Shown here: positions 1 to 9,897 of the stretch, one piece after another
Layout: every line of letters begins with the position of its first letter
Position numbering within the stretch: the stretch's first letter is position 1
NCBI GenBank assembly: GCA_965208105.1
Contig: OZ242318.1
Coordinates: 2,080,001 to 2,144,000, forward strand
Source: Candidatus Latescibacterota bacterium
GTDB lineage: Bacteria; Latescibacterota; UBA2968; UBA8231
Direction of reading: 5' to 3'
DNA: 64,000 bases
Position numbers and translations under genes: made by a program
The notes under the pieces: model-generated
Seen by the model: the letters and a program-made list of their open reading frames with translations, nothing else
What the model was told of the DNA's origin: nothing
Databases searched by the model: none

Positions 1-447
1 GATCACCGGGCGTGGATCTGGCAGCGCCCCTACGAAGAGCCGGCCGAGACGCCGGACGCGGAGTTTCCCTTCTGGCTCAACACCGGCCGCGTCCTCGAGC
101 ACTGGCACACTGGGTCGATGACCCGGCGCGTGCCCACCCTGCACCGCTCGATGCCCAGCGGCTACGTCGAGCTGAATCCGGCCGATGCCCGCCGTCTGGG
201 GGTACTGGACGGAGAGGTCGTCCGGCTCGTGTCCCGCCGCGGCCAGCTGGAGCTGCCAGCGCAACTGAACGGCCGCGGGCAACCGCCGCCAGGCCAGGTG
301 TTCGTGCCGTTCTTTGACGAAGCGCTGCTCATCAACGAGTTGACGCTGGATGCCTTCTGTCCCATCTCGAAGCAACCGGACTACAAGAAGTGCGCCGTGC
401 GCGTCGAACGCCTGTCACCTGTGGAGAGGGGTCGTGGCGAAGGGTAG
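1..447 (+). CDS. napA: Periplasmic nitrate reductase catalytic subunit, C-terminal part (runs off window start)
   Basis: Open frame from base 1: FWLNTGRVLEHWHTGSMTRRVP...LTLDAFCPISKQPDYKKCAV, the NapA molybdopterin-binding C-terminus. Confidence 0.9.
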   Translation, partial: DHRAWIWQRPYEEPAETPDAEFPFWLNTGRVLEHWHTGSMTRRVPTLHRSMPSGYVELNPADARRLGVLDGEVVRLVSRRGQLELPAQLNGRGQPPPGQVFVPFFDEALLINELTLDAFCPISKQPDYKKCAVRVERLSPVERGRGEG

Positions 448-1138
448 CAAGTCTCGCGGGTCGAAGATTCTAGGCGCCGTGGTGCTCATGCTCGTCGCCA
501 TCTTCGGCGGGGGCGAGGTGCTGCGCGGCCGCGGCGATGGGGGTCAGCCGCATCAGCGGGACCCGACCCACGGCGTGGGCATCCTCGCCGTGATTCGCGC
601 CGGCGATGCCGCCCCGCGCACCGATCCCCATGCCACCAGCCTGAGTCCGCAGATGCCCGTCGCTCCCGGCGTGCCGGAACGGACCCTTTCGGCCTACTAC
701 GAGCGCCGTGCCTATCCAGGAGCTCCCCCTACCGTTCCCCACCCCGTCGACCCAGAGACCAACCGCACGCAGGCCTGCAACGTCTGTCACGCAAAGGGTG
801 GGTTCACTCCCAAGTTCAACGCCTACGTTCCGGTGACCCCCCATCCGGAGTTGGGCAACTGTCTGCAGTGCCATGTCCAGGGGGCGGTTCCGGCCGCCTC
901 CTTCGTGCGCGACGAATGGCTCAGCGTGCGCCCCCCGGCGTTGCAGCGGCCCGCGCTGCCCGGAGGCCCACCACCCATGCCGCACGGCCTGCAGCTGCGC
1001 CAAAGGTGCCTTTCCTGCCACGCTGGACCGGCGGCGGTGGCCGCAGTGCGCACCAGCCATCCGGAGCGCGTCAACTGTCAGCAGTGTCACGTGCCGCGGC
1101 GTACGCAGCGCCTGTTTCGCCGCACGGGGATGGAGTGA
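434..1138 (+). CDS. NapB-like tetraheme cytochrome c with N-terminal membrane anchor
   Basis: GTG start after GGAGAGGGG; hydrophobic N-terminus; RAYPGAPPTVPH and CxxCH x4 (CNVCH, CLQCH, CLSCH, CQQCH); looks like a duplicated NapB diheme unit. Confidence 0.8.
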   Translation: MAKGSKSRGSKILGAVVLMLVAIFGGGEVLRGRGDGGQPHQRDPTHGVGILAVIRAGDAAPRTDPHATSLSPQMPVAPGVPERTLSAYYERRAYPGAPPTVPHPVDPETNRTQACNVCHAKGGFTPKFNAYVPVTPHPELGNCLQCHVQGAVPAASFVRDEWLSVRPPALQRPALPGGPPPMPHGLQLRQRCLSCHAGPAAVAAVRTSHPERVNCQQCHVPRRTQRLFRRTGME

Positions 1139-1141
1139 ACG

Positions 1142-1738
1142 ATGCGCAACGCCTGGACGATCATAGGAGCGTTGTTGCTGGCCGCCTGTGGCGACAGCGG
1201 CGGTCAGGCGCCGGCACCACCGGCCTCGCTCGAGACCAACCAGCAGCGCTCGCGGCAGCTGCACATCCTCGCTGCGGTCGATGTCCAGGAATACACCGGC
1301 CCTGGGGGCAAACCGTTCCGCGTGGCACAACGACGGGGACGCATCACCCAGTATCCCTGCGGTGCGTGCCACGATAGGCCCGTCGTGGAGGAGAGGCCCG
1401 GCGGCCTCTCGCGGCGCTGGTCGCACCTCGACGTTCACCTCGAGCACGCTGCGGCCCTGCACTGCGCAACCTGCCATCGCTACGAAGACCTCAAAGACCT
1501 GCGTCTCATCGACGGCGAGCCAATCGACTTCGACCACAGCTACCTCGTCTGCGCCCAGTGCCACTCGCAGAGGGCGCGCGATTGGGCCGGCGGCGCCCAC
1601 GGCAAGCGCCTGGGCGGCTGGCGCGGAGAGCGGGTCATCGAAAACTGCACCGGTTGCCACGATCCCCACGATCCGGCCTTCCCCCGGCGCATGCCGTCGA
1701 CCTACCCGCAGGTGCCACGCACGGGAGGGAGACGATGA
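1142..1738 (+). CDS. Tetraheme cytochrome c lipoprotein
   Basis: Lipobox LLAAC; CGACH, CATCH, CAQCH, CTGCH. Confidence 0.85.
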   Translation: MRNAWTIIGALLLAACGDSGGQAPAPPASLETNQQRSRQLHILAAVDVQEYTGPGGKPFRVAQRRGRITQYPCGACHDRPVVEERPGGLSRRWSHLDVHLEHAAALHCATCHRYEDLKDLRLIDGEPIDFDHSYLVCAQCHSQRARDWAGGAHGKRLGGWRGERVIENCTGCHDPHDPAFPRRMPSTYPQVPRTGGRR

Positions 1739-2784
1739 AGAGACGCTTTCGCTTCGCCAACCTGCGGCGTCTGATGGCGCGTTTTAAAGCGCCCTCTACC
1801 GAGGAAGTCGCTGGCTGTGGCACTGGATGCGAGTGTGCTGGCGAAAGCCGCCGGCATTCGGTCATGGACAAGCCGGTCGGCAGGCGCCGCGCCTTACGCA
1901 TGCTCTTCAGTGGCAGCACCGCCGCCGTTTCAGCGACCGCCGCAGCAGTGAGCGCAACGCAATCAGAAGAGGAGAAGGACGAGAAACTGCTGCAATGGGA
2001 GGAGCGGCTGAAGGGAAACTTCCGCCTCATGTCGGATGGCGAGAAGGCCGAGACCATCGAGCGACTGGAGGAACTGGCGCGGCTTAGGCACGGATTGGAC
2101 GTACACATCAAAGCCGACGCCGCGATCCCCGGCGTGCTTTATGGCTACGCCTTCAACATCTCCAGCTGCAAGGGCTACCGCAATTGCGTCGATGCCTGCG
2201 TGCGCGAAAACAACCTCGATCGGCGAACTGGGACGCAGTACATCCGCATCTTCGAGATGGAAGGCGGGCAGGTCACCTTTGAAGACGGCGACGCCGAGTA
2301 TTTTCACCAAGTTCCGGCGGAGGGCCACTTCTACATGGGCACCCAGTGCTTCCAGTGCGCCAATCCGCCCTGTGTCCCCGTCTGTCCCGTCGGGGCGACC
2401 TGGCAGGAGCCGGACGGCATCACCGTCGTCGACTACGACTGGTGCATCGGCTGTCGCTACTGCGAGGCCGCCTGTCCGTACTGGGCGCGCCGTTTCAACT
2501 GGAGCGAACCGGAGGTGCCGGCCGAACAGATCAACCGCAACCAACACTACCTGGGAAACCGGCTGCGACCGCGCGGTGCGGTGGAAAAGTGCACCTTCTG
2601 TATCCAGCGCTCGCGACAGGGCCAGTTGCCGGCCTGCGCGGAAGCCTGCCCCACGGGGGCTCGCGTGTTCGGCAACCTGCTCGACCCCAACAGCGAGATC
2701 CGCTATGTGCTGGAGAACAAGCGCGTCTTCCGTCTCAAGGAGGACCTCGGCACGGAGCCGAAGTTCTGGTACTATATGGACTAG
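1735..2784 (+). CDS. 4Fe-4S ferredoxin-type subunit, NrfC/DsrO family
   Basis: ATGA overlap with the upstream gene; twin-arginine-like GRRRAL; CKGYRNC, CFQCANPPCVPVCP, CIGCRYCEAACP, KCTFC...CAEACP. Confidence 0.85.
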   Translation: MKRRFRFANLRRLMARFKAPSTEEVAGCGTGCECAGESRRHSVMDKPVGRRRALRMLFSGSTAAVSATAAAVSATQSEEEKDEKLLQWEERLKGNFRLMSDGEKAETIERLEELARLRHGLDVHIKADAAIPGVLYGYAFNISSCKGYRNCVDACVRENNLDRRTGTQYIRIFEMEGGQVTFEDGDAEYFHQVPAEGHFYMGTQCFQCANPPCVPVCPVGATWQEPDGITVVDYDWCIGCRYCEAACPYWARRFNWSEPEVPAEQINRNQHYLGNRLRPRGAVEKCTFCIQRSRQGQLPACAEACPTGARVFGNLLDPNSEIRYVLENKRVFRLKEDLGTEPKFWYYMD

Positions 2785-2878
2785 AAGTGGGCGAATTACC
2801 ATCCAGAATCCCGAGCAAGCTCACCTTATTCGGAAAATTGGGTGAGCCTTGGGCGGCATCTAGATTCAAGGGGGTCAG

Positions 2879-4108
2879 GTGAAGCTTCTGACCTTCCTGC
2901 GCGATGCCCTGGAAGTGGCGACGACGGGCGGTCGCGGCTATCACACCTGGATGGGTGCGCTCACCTTCGCGATCCTCCTCGGGGCGTACGCCTATTCGGT
3001 GCAGCTGCGCGACGGTCTTGTGGTCACCGGTATGAGCGACCACGTCAGCTGGGGCCTTTACATTGGCAACTTCACCTTCCTCGTCGGCCTGGCGGCAGCG
3101 GCCGTGATGCTGGTATTGCCGGCGTACGTGCTGCACGATATCGACTTCTCCCGCGCCGTGCTCATCGGCAAAGGCGTCGCCGTAGCGGCGCTGACCATGT
3201 GCCTGTGCTTCGTCGTCGTGGATGTGGGCAGACCCGATAACTTGTGGCATCTGGTGCCCGTGCTGGGCTATTTCAACTGGCCGCGGTCGCTGCTGGCATG
3301 GGATATCCTCGTCCTCAGCGGCTACCTCGCGCTCAACCTGCTGGTCCCGCTCTACATCCTCTATGAACACTATCGCGGGCGCGAGCCGGACGAACGGCGC
3401 TACGTTCCATTCGTCTACCTGTCGGTCCTCTGGGCTATCAGCATCCACATCGTCACCGCCTTCTTGCTGGCTGGTCTGCCGGCGCGCCCTTTCTGGCATT
3501 CCGCGCTTCTGGGTCCGCGCTTCCTCGCCTCAGCGTTCGCCGCCGGCCCGGCTTTTATCCTCGTGACGCTGCACCTCATCCGCACGACCACGGGCTACCG
3601 CATCGCCGACCAGACGCTGTCCAAGCTGGCGCTGATCACCACTGTGGCTGCTCAGGTGAATCTCGTCATGCTTGGGTCGGAGATCTTCACCGAGTTCTAC
3701 TTCCCCACGCATCATTCCGCCAGCGCCCGCTACCTGTTCTTCGGACTGCACGGCCACGCCAGCCTGGTATCCTGGATCTGGACGGCGCTAGGCCTCAACC
3801 TGCTGGCCACCTTGTCGCTGACGCTGCACCCGCTGCGGCGCAACCCGCGCATCCTCTATCCCGCTTGCACGGTCCTGTTCGTCGCGGTGTGGATGGAGAA
3901 GGGGATCGGGCTCATCATTCCGGGGTTCGTGCCGTCGCCGCTGGGTGAGATGGTCGAGTACTGGCCCACGTGGGTGGAGTTGGCCGTCACCGCCGGCATT
4001 TGGGCCCTCGGACTGTTTGTCTTTACCACCCTAGTGCGGGTGGCGCTGGCCGTGGAAACCGGCGCCATGCGCTACCTGGATCCAGAAGCCGAAAGAGGCC
4101 GTCCATGA
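2879..4108 (+). CDS. NrfD/PsrC/DsrP-family quinol-interacting membrane subunit
   Basis: Many TM helices; WGLYIGNFTFLVGLAAAA, DVGRP, EYWPTWVE motifs. Confidence 0.85.
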   Translation: MKLLTFLRDALEVATTGGRGYHTWMGALTFAILLGAYAYSVQLRDGLVVTGMSDHVSWGLYIGNFTFLVGLAAAAVMLVLPAYVLHDIDFSRAVLIGKGVAVAALTMCLCFVVVDVGRPDNLWHLVPVLGYFNWPRSLLAWDILVLSGYLALNLLVPLYILYEHYRGREPDERRYVPFVYLSVLWAISIHIVTAFLLAGLPARPFWHSALLGPRFLASAFAAGPAFILVTLHLIRTTTGYRIADQTLSKLALITTVAAQVNLVMLGSEIFTEFYFPTHHSASARYLFFGLHGHASLVSWIWTALGLNLLATLSLTLHPLRRNPRILYPACTVLFVAVWMEKGIGLIIPGFVPSPLGEMVEYWPTWVELAVTAGIWALGLFVFTTLVRVALAVETGAMRYLDPEAERGRP

Positions 4109-5253
4109 ATCGGAGCCTGATCGTCTTTGTCCTCGTCATGGGGGCCACTACCGTCACTGCCGCCGACGTTTCAGTGGGCGGCCAAGTTCGCAGCCGCTGG
4201 GAATTGCGAGAAAAAAGCGACGCTGGCAGGGACAACCACACTGCAATGCGCACGCGCCTGCACCTAAGAGCCCAGCACGAAAGCGGCCTGCATGCCTTCG
4301 TGCAATGGCAGGACGTGCGCATTTGGGGAGAGGAGACGCACACGCTGGGTGACTTCAGCGGGGATCACTTGGACCTGCACCACGGGTACGTGCAGTTTGA
4401 CGAGTTGGCCTGCCGATCTTCGCCTAGGTCGCCAGGAGATCAGCCTGGGAGGACAGCGCCTGGTCGGCGCCGTGACTGGACGCAAAAAGGCCGCCCCTTC
4501 GACGCAGCGCGGGTGACTTGGCGCTATGCCGGGTCTTCCATCGACTTGCTGGCAGCGCGCCTCGGCGACGCGACGGCAGGGCCATCGATGCTTCCTTTTT
4601 CGGCGTCTACGCATCTCCGGCGCCGCTGGGAGACAGCCAGGTCTATCTGCTGTTCAACTCCGTCGATTCCGGCACAGACCAACTCACCCTCGGTGCGGGC
4701 CGCGCCAGCCAAGCGGCGGGGTTTACCTATCGTTTGGAAGGAGCGCACCAGACGGGCAGGCGGACTGATTCCGACATGGCCGCCGTCTTCGCTGCGGCGC
4801 GCGCTGGACGCGTGCTCGGCAGGATGCAAGTCGAGATGTGGAACGACTACCTGTCGGGCGACGACGATCTGGACGATGACGAGATCAAGGTCTTCGACAC
4901 CCTTTTCGCCACCAACCACAAGTTTTACGGGTACGTGGATTTCTTCCTGAATATCCCCGAGGACACGGCGGGCCGGGGGTTGCAAGACCCTGGCGATGAA
5001 GGTGAAGACAACGCCGCTCCCTAGATGGACCACAGCCGTCGATCTGCACTCCTTCCGCCTAGCGCAGAAAAGTGGCCTAGGCGAAACCCGTCTGGGAGAG
5101 GAGGTGGACCTTACGATCGGTGCCGACTACCGAGGCGTTGCCCGCTTCACTGGAGGTTTGTCCTACGTGCAGTTCGGAGAGAGTCTCAATGAGATCGATC
5201 CCCTTTCGGACGATGCCCTGTTCGTCTACGCCATGACCGACGTGCGTTTCTGA
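4105..5253 (+). pseudogene. Alginate-export-family outer-membrane beta-barrel, multiply frameshifted
   Basis: Signal peptide, GQVRSRWELR, RTRL, QDVRIWGEE, then SGDD...FDTLFATNHKFYGYVDFF and LGEEVDL...DVRF spread across different frames. Confidence 0.75.
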
Positions 5254-5312
5254 TAACATCCTCGACCAACAATATGGAGTCATCTCATATGGTAGGAAAG
5301 GAGGGGATCAAT

Positions 5313-5540
5313 TTGATTATCGGACTTCCCAAAGAGATCAAAAATCACGAATACCGGGTAACGCTGACACCTCATGGGACAGCAAGCCTAGTCCGGGAAG
5401 GACATGAGGTCCTCGTTCAGGGTGGAGCAGGAGTCGGTAGCGGCTTTCCAGACGACCAATACCTGGGTGAGGGCGCGCGGGTCATCGACGGCCTAGAAAG
5501 AGTGGATACAATCCAACCCAACTCAGGAGGAGAAAGATGA
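5313..5540 (+). pseudogene. ald: Alanine dehydrogenase N-terminal fragment
   Basis: IIGLPKEIKNHEYRV...GHEVLVQGGAGVGSGFPDDQY, truncated after about 60 aa. Confidence 0.75.
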
Positions 5541-5660
5541 CCAGTACCTGATTGATCGCTGTGATCTTTGTCGGGCTGATGAGTGGCCCCGCCTTCGCGG
5601 CCGACGATCCCAGCATTTAGGGGACGACCCGGGCTGACGTGCAAGAGGCCGTGAAAGGGA

Positions 5661-5786
5661 ACCGGTCTTCATGCGGCTACCCGGAATCCGCCATTCGTGG
5701 GCATCAATGTCGATCTCGTCCCACCTCGCACCTCGAGCCTCTCCGCTGCGCGCCGCAGTCAGGACGAGGAACTGAAGGCACAATTT
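5661..5786 (-). pseudogene. P4-type tyrosine integrase internal fragment
   Basis: LQFLVLTAARSGEARGARWDEID...WRIPGSRMKTG (box I Arg region). Confidence 0.8.
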
Positions 5787-5918
5787 CACCGATGAAGATG
5801 CCCCGGACTCCTCGACGGTTCCCTGGGCCTTGGCGCTTTCCCGGTAGGGTTGCGCAGGGCCCGGTCCGGCATATTGCATCAGTTACGGGATTTTACGAAA
5901 CAGGAAGGAAACTACTGA

Positions 5919-5946
5919 AACGGGAAGGATGGTGCCGAGGGCCGGA
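5919..5946 (-). repeat. att-like site: tRNA-Leu 3'-end remnant (copy 1)
   Basis: Minus strand TCCGGCCCTCGGCACCA resembles the 3' end of tRNA-Leu(CAA); 25/27 identical to 55563-55589. Confidence 0.7.
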
Positions 5947-6199
5947 GGAAAACCAACAACGTAGGCCAATAATTTACTAAATGATACAAATCCACCTTGC
6001 CGACTTTTCCCACAATTTTACCCACTAAATTGTCCTAATTTCCCGGATGCAAAGCGCCATTTTGCACAGCTTAGAAAATCCTAAAACCGCTATGTTTACA
6101 TATTGGAACTGTCCCACTAATATTTCGTCTAAGGATGTCCTAATCATTGCAACAAGTGGTCGTTTTACCCTCGAATGTGGAGTTACCCCGGTTTGGTGG

Positions 6200-6360
6200 G
6201 AGAAGTGGACCCCATTCTTTGGACAGCCAGGCAGCCTGATTAAGGTGGATTCCTTGTGGTTGATTTGCTGCCCTGTCCTGCTTTTTCCTGGTTTCTCTGA
6301 GGCCACCTTTCCGACTTGGCTGGAGGGCCGTTTTGCTGGTTGACGGGATAGACCACCCGG
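6200..6360 (-). mobile_element. Isolated copy of the IS3-family right end
   Basis: Diverged direct repeat of about 7043-7206, starting at the terminal IR-like GTGGACCCCATTCTTTGGACA. Confidence 0.7.
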
Positions 6361-6448
6361 GCTTCAGCACAGCGCGGTAGCTATCCGCGCCCTCCATGTG
6401 GCTTATTCATTGGGGCTCCCGGCCTTCATTGCGATTTATTCTCTCGAG

Positions 6449-7018
6449 TCAAAAGCGGAGCTTGGCAACCGCGGACAAGCCGCCGTGGGACATAGGAGAC
6501 AAGCCAACGGATACGCGGCTATCTTCAGGGGGCCTGCGGGAATATTCAGACATAATCATAGCTCCTGCAATGTGGCCGACGAGAAGAGACGGCCACAACT
6601 CCTCGTTGCTGATCGTCAACGCCACAGCCGTTCCGAAGCCAGCCCAGCCGCCCGCCAATGCGTATAGGAATCGATCCGTTTTGTCTACGCTGCTTATGCC
6701 AAAGGACACTCCGGTCGAATATCCGATCAGAGTGCCCAATGCATATTCAGTTTCTATCCACTGACTAGGGTCGTTCTCGCCTAGGTTCCCTAGTCCAGCC
6801 CCAAGCATTGCGCCAAAGATCCCGAAAACAGATCCGGCAATCAACTTCACTGCAACTCGGTGGTGAGCGCTCGTCATTAGGCTGTCTATCTCATCGCCTT
6901 CAGCCTGCGCATTGTGGGGAGCTGCAAGCAGCATAATTGCCGTGAGAAGGTATTTAGTGCCTGAGACCACGATCCGCCTTCTTTCTGCTTTGCAAAATAG
7001 ACATAGCTTCTGTCCCAT
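6449..7018 (-). CDS. Exported glycine-rich membrane/outer-membrane protein
   Basis: Signal-like segment, GxxxG helices, C-terminal LSAVAKLRF. Confidence 0.55.
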   Translation of the reverse strand: MGQKLCLFCKAERRRIVVSGTKYLLTAIMLLAAPHNAQAEGDEIDSLMTSAHHRVAVKLIAGSVFGIFGAMLGAGLGNLGENDPSQWIETEYALGTLIGYSTGVSFGISSVDKTDRFLYALAGGWAGFGTAVALTISNEELWPSLLVGHIAGAMIMSEYSRRPPEDSRVSVGLSPMSHGGLSAVAKLRF

Positions 7019-7042
7019 TTAATTCGATTTTCTATCAGGACA

Positions 7043-8435
7043 CATAGGTAGACCCCAATCTTTGGACAGCCTGGCAGCCTGATTAAGGCGGATTCATCGA
7101 GGTTGATTTACTCCCCTGTCCTGCTTTTTCCTTGTTTCTCTGACGTGTCCTTTCCGACCTGGCTGGAGGGCCGTTTTGCTGGTTGACCACCGGGATAGAC
7201 CACCTGGCCTGAGGCAAGGGTCCACAGCGTTTCTTCCGCGTTCATGCCGCTTTGCGCCCTGTGTAGGCCTCCATCGGCGTCCGGTTCCCCGCCAGGCTGG
7301 AATGAGGTCGATCTTCGTTGTAATACCGCAGCCAGTTCGCGATGGTCTGACGCGCCTGACGCCCATCCTCGAATTCGTGCAGATAAACACACTCGTATTT
7401 GAGAGAGCGCCACAAACGCTCGATGAAGACGTTGTCCCTCCATCGGCCCTTGCCGTCCATGGAGATCTCTACCTCGGCCTGCTCGAGGATCTCGATAAAA
7501 TCGCGGCTCGTAACCTGGCTGCCCTGGTCGGTGTTGAAGATCTCCGGTCGGCCGTAGCGCTCCAGCGCCTCCTGCAGAGCCTCCGGCAAATGGAGCTGTC
7601 CTGGGTGTTGGACAGCCGCCACGCAAGCACCGTGCGCGTCGCCCAGTCCATGACCGCCACCAGGTAAAGGAAGCTCTCGCCGAATCGGAATGTAGGTCAC
7701 GTCCGCACACCACACCTGGTTCGGCCGCTCGATTTTCAGATGGCGAAGACGATACGGATAGACCTGATGGGATCCATCCGGCGAGGAGGTCTGCGGCCGG
7801 CGGTAGATGGCCGTCAGTCCCATCTGTCGCATCAGGCGGCGTACCCGCTTGCGGCCCACTGGGTGCCCTTGGCGCCGAAGATGACGGACCATCTGCCGGG
7901 ACCCAACCCACGGCGTGGCCAGAAACTGCTCATCGATGCAGCGCATCAACTGCCGGTTGAAGGAACTTTCCCCGCAACCCGAGTAGTAATAGGTGGATCG
8001 AGACAGGGCGACCAAGGCGCACTGGCGCACGACAGGGAGCCGGGGATGATTCGGATCGATCATCGCTTCCCTCCGGTCTCGGCTCAACGACCCAAGGCGC
8101 GAGACAAAAAATCGTTCTCGACGATCAGTTGGCCGATCTTGGCGTGCAGCGCCTTGATTTCCGTCTCATGGTCTGCGCTGCCCCGAGAGGTCTTGCGGGC
8201 GAACACCTCGGGCAGGCTCTCCCTGGCCTGCCGCTTCCATTGCGCAATCATGTTGGGATGCAGGTGATGCTTGGAAGCGAGCTCGGCCATCGTCTGGTCG
8301 CCGACCAGCGCCTCCAAGGCGACTTTGGCCTTGAATTGGGCGGAGAAGCTAGGTCGTTTTCCCATGTCACCCTTCCTTCCGTAGAGGGGTTGGACCCACC
8401 TAACATAACTGTCCGATTTCCGGGGTCCACCTCTA
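7043..8435 (-). mobile_element. IS3-family insertion sequence, probably inactive
   Basis: orfA 8084-8366 (FKAKVALEAL HTH) and orfB 7242-8087 (WCADVTY, NTDQGSQ, IERLWRSLKYE) with compensating frameshifts; imperfect terminal IRs AGGTRGACCCC...GGACA. Confidence 0.85.
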
Positions 8436-8860
8436 AGCGACACCACTTACAACGTTTTGGAAGTGGTGGAAAAAAGTGTGGATATTATATGGAAATGGGG
8501 GAATTATGGCCCTGAATACGATTTCAGGGCAGAAGTGGTCAATGTTTCCGATTTGGTTCTGACGGACCTTAAGATTTGTCTCTGCTTGTATAGAAAAACA
8601 GGAAAATCATGGCGTGCACTATCGAACGTCCCCGGACACGCTATCGATACGGGCACCCATCCCGACCGAGAATAGTCCACCCAGGGGAAACTATAACAAT
8701 CAGGGAAACATTCGATGTTCAGGATACGCCCTCAAATGAACAGCCCTTGTTCCCGGCCTACACATTTGAGTTCTCATACAGCATTGTCCCCCCTACAACA
8801 ATCAAAGCCACAAGCTGGGGAACCCTAAAATCGAGAAAGGTGGCCCCCTATGTCTACTGA
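8436..8860 (+). pseudogene. 5'-truncated, frameshifted secreted protein (paralog of 41586-42146) ending in the SWG tail
   Basis: LEVVEKSV...AEVVNVSD...LYRKTGK / PGETITI aligns with LELVEGSM...ARLVNKTN...LFRTDGK / PGETLPF; ends TTIKATSWGTLK. Confidence 0.6.
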
Positions 8861-9590
8861 AACTCTGGATGCAGGGCGTCTATACTTCGGAGACTGGCTG
8901 CAGGTCATGCGAGAAGATATTGCATCGGAAACTGTTGATCTCATCTACCTGGACCCCCCCCTTCAATTCCAAGCGTCTCTATAACGCCTATATCGGCGGT
9001 GCTCAATGGGTAGCTTTCACTGATACGTGGAGGTGGAGCGAAGCCATAGGCGACTTTGAAGAGATGGCTTCCCGCGTTGACATGGCCGACCTGATGGAAA
9101 GCTTGCGGACTATTTTGGGAGAAGGCCCCAATCTTGCCTATTTGTCCTACATGGCGAATCGGCTGTATGAATGCCGCCGCGTGCTCAAGGATACGGGCAG
9201 CATTTATCTCCATTGCGACCCCACCTTTTCGCACTATCTCAAGATAGTAATGGACAGGATTTTTGGGTGCGAGAATTTCAAGCGAGAAGTTGTGTGGAGC
9301 AACGAGGATCAGTCAGGCTTTAAATCCCTCGCCTCGAATTGGGTCAGGGGACACGATACACTGCTCTTCTATGCCAGGTCAAGAAAAAGCCTGAAATTTC
9401 ACAAACAATATAGGCCTCTGGACGAAAAGACAATAAAGCGATACGACAAAGTGGATGAGAAAGGCAAGAGATTTAAAATTTACAGAAACAAAGATGGGTC
9501 TGAAAGATGGGTCTGAAAGATGGGTTTACTTGAATGAAGATCGCGGCGCACCCATAGGGAGTGTGTGGTCTGATGTTCCTGGCTTTCAAA
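8850..9590 (+). pseudogene. N4/N6 DNA methyltransferase (beta type), frameshifted and truncated
   Basis: LYFGDWL...VDLIYLDPPF(+1 at C8 tract)NSKRLY, RVLKDTGSIYLHCD; a 13-bp duplication near 9490 breaks ...KDGSERWVYLNEDRGAPIGSVWSDV. Confidence 0.85.
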
Positions 9591-9897
9591 AGGAAAATAA
9601 TACAGGGGAGTATATTGGTTAGGGAATTATAAACTGTTGCCATTAATTTCCAACCTTGCTCCCGAGAGGAATCCCTCCCTGGGTTTCGGAAGTGTTCAAA
9701 CCCAAGTGCCCGGCAAGCGTCCAGGACGGACCTTCTCAACCGCCAATCGCTTTCTTACCATTCTTGCCTTTATCCCTACCTAGACCTTATGTATTGACGG
9801 GTATATGAAAGACCTCCTCCGATTTCGGTTTTCGGGGGTTATCTTTGGGAAAACTCAGTTCACCCAAAGACCTATCCCCAGCGAAAAGGAGGAGGCC

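Noticed and set aside
470-2802. Long antisense ORFs (470-1669, 1963-2802; likewise 9787-11232, 25093-26229, 40020-41204)
   Set aside because: Shadows of well-supported genes on the other strand in GC-rich DNA; no motifs
2817-2851. Intergenic hairpin between the NrfC- and NrfD-like genes
   Set aside because: Single imperfect stem with no U tract and no second copy seen; cannot assign a function
5930-5946. Intact tRNA gene at either att-like site
   Set aside because: Only 16-17 nt of the 3' end is present; no T-loop, anticodon or D arm
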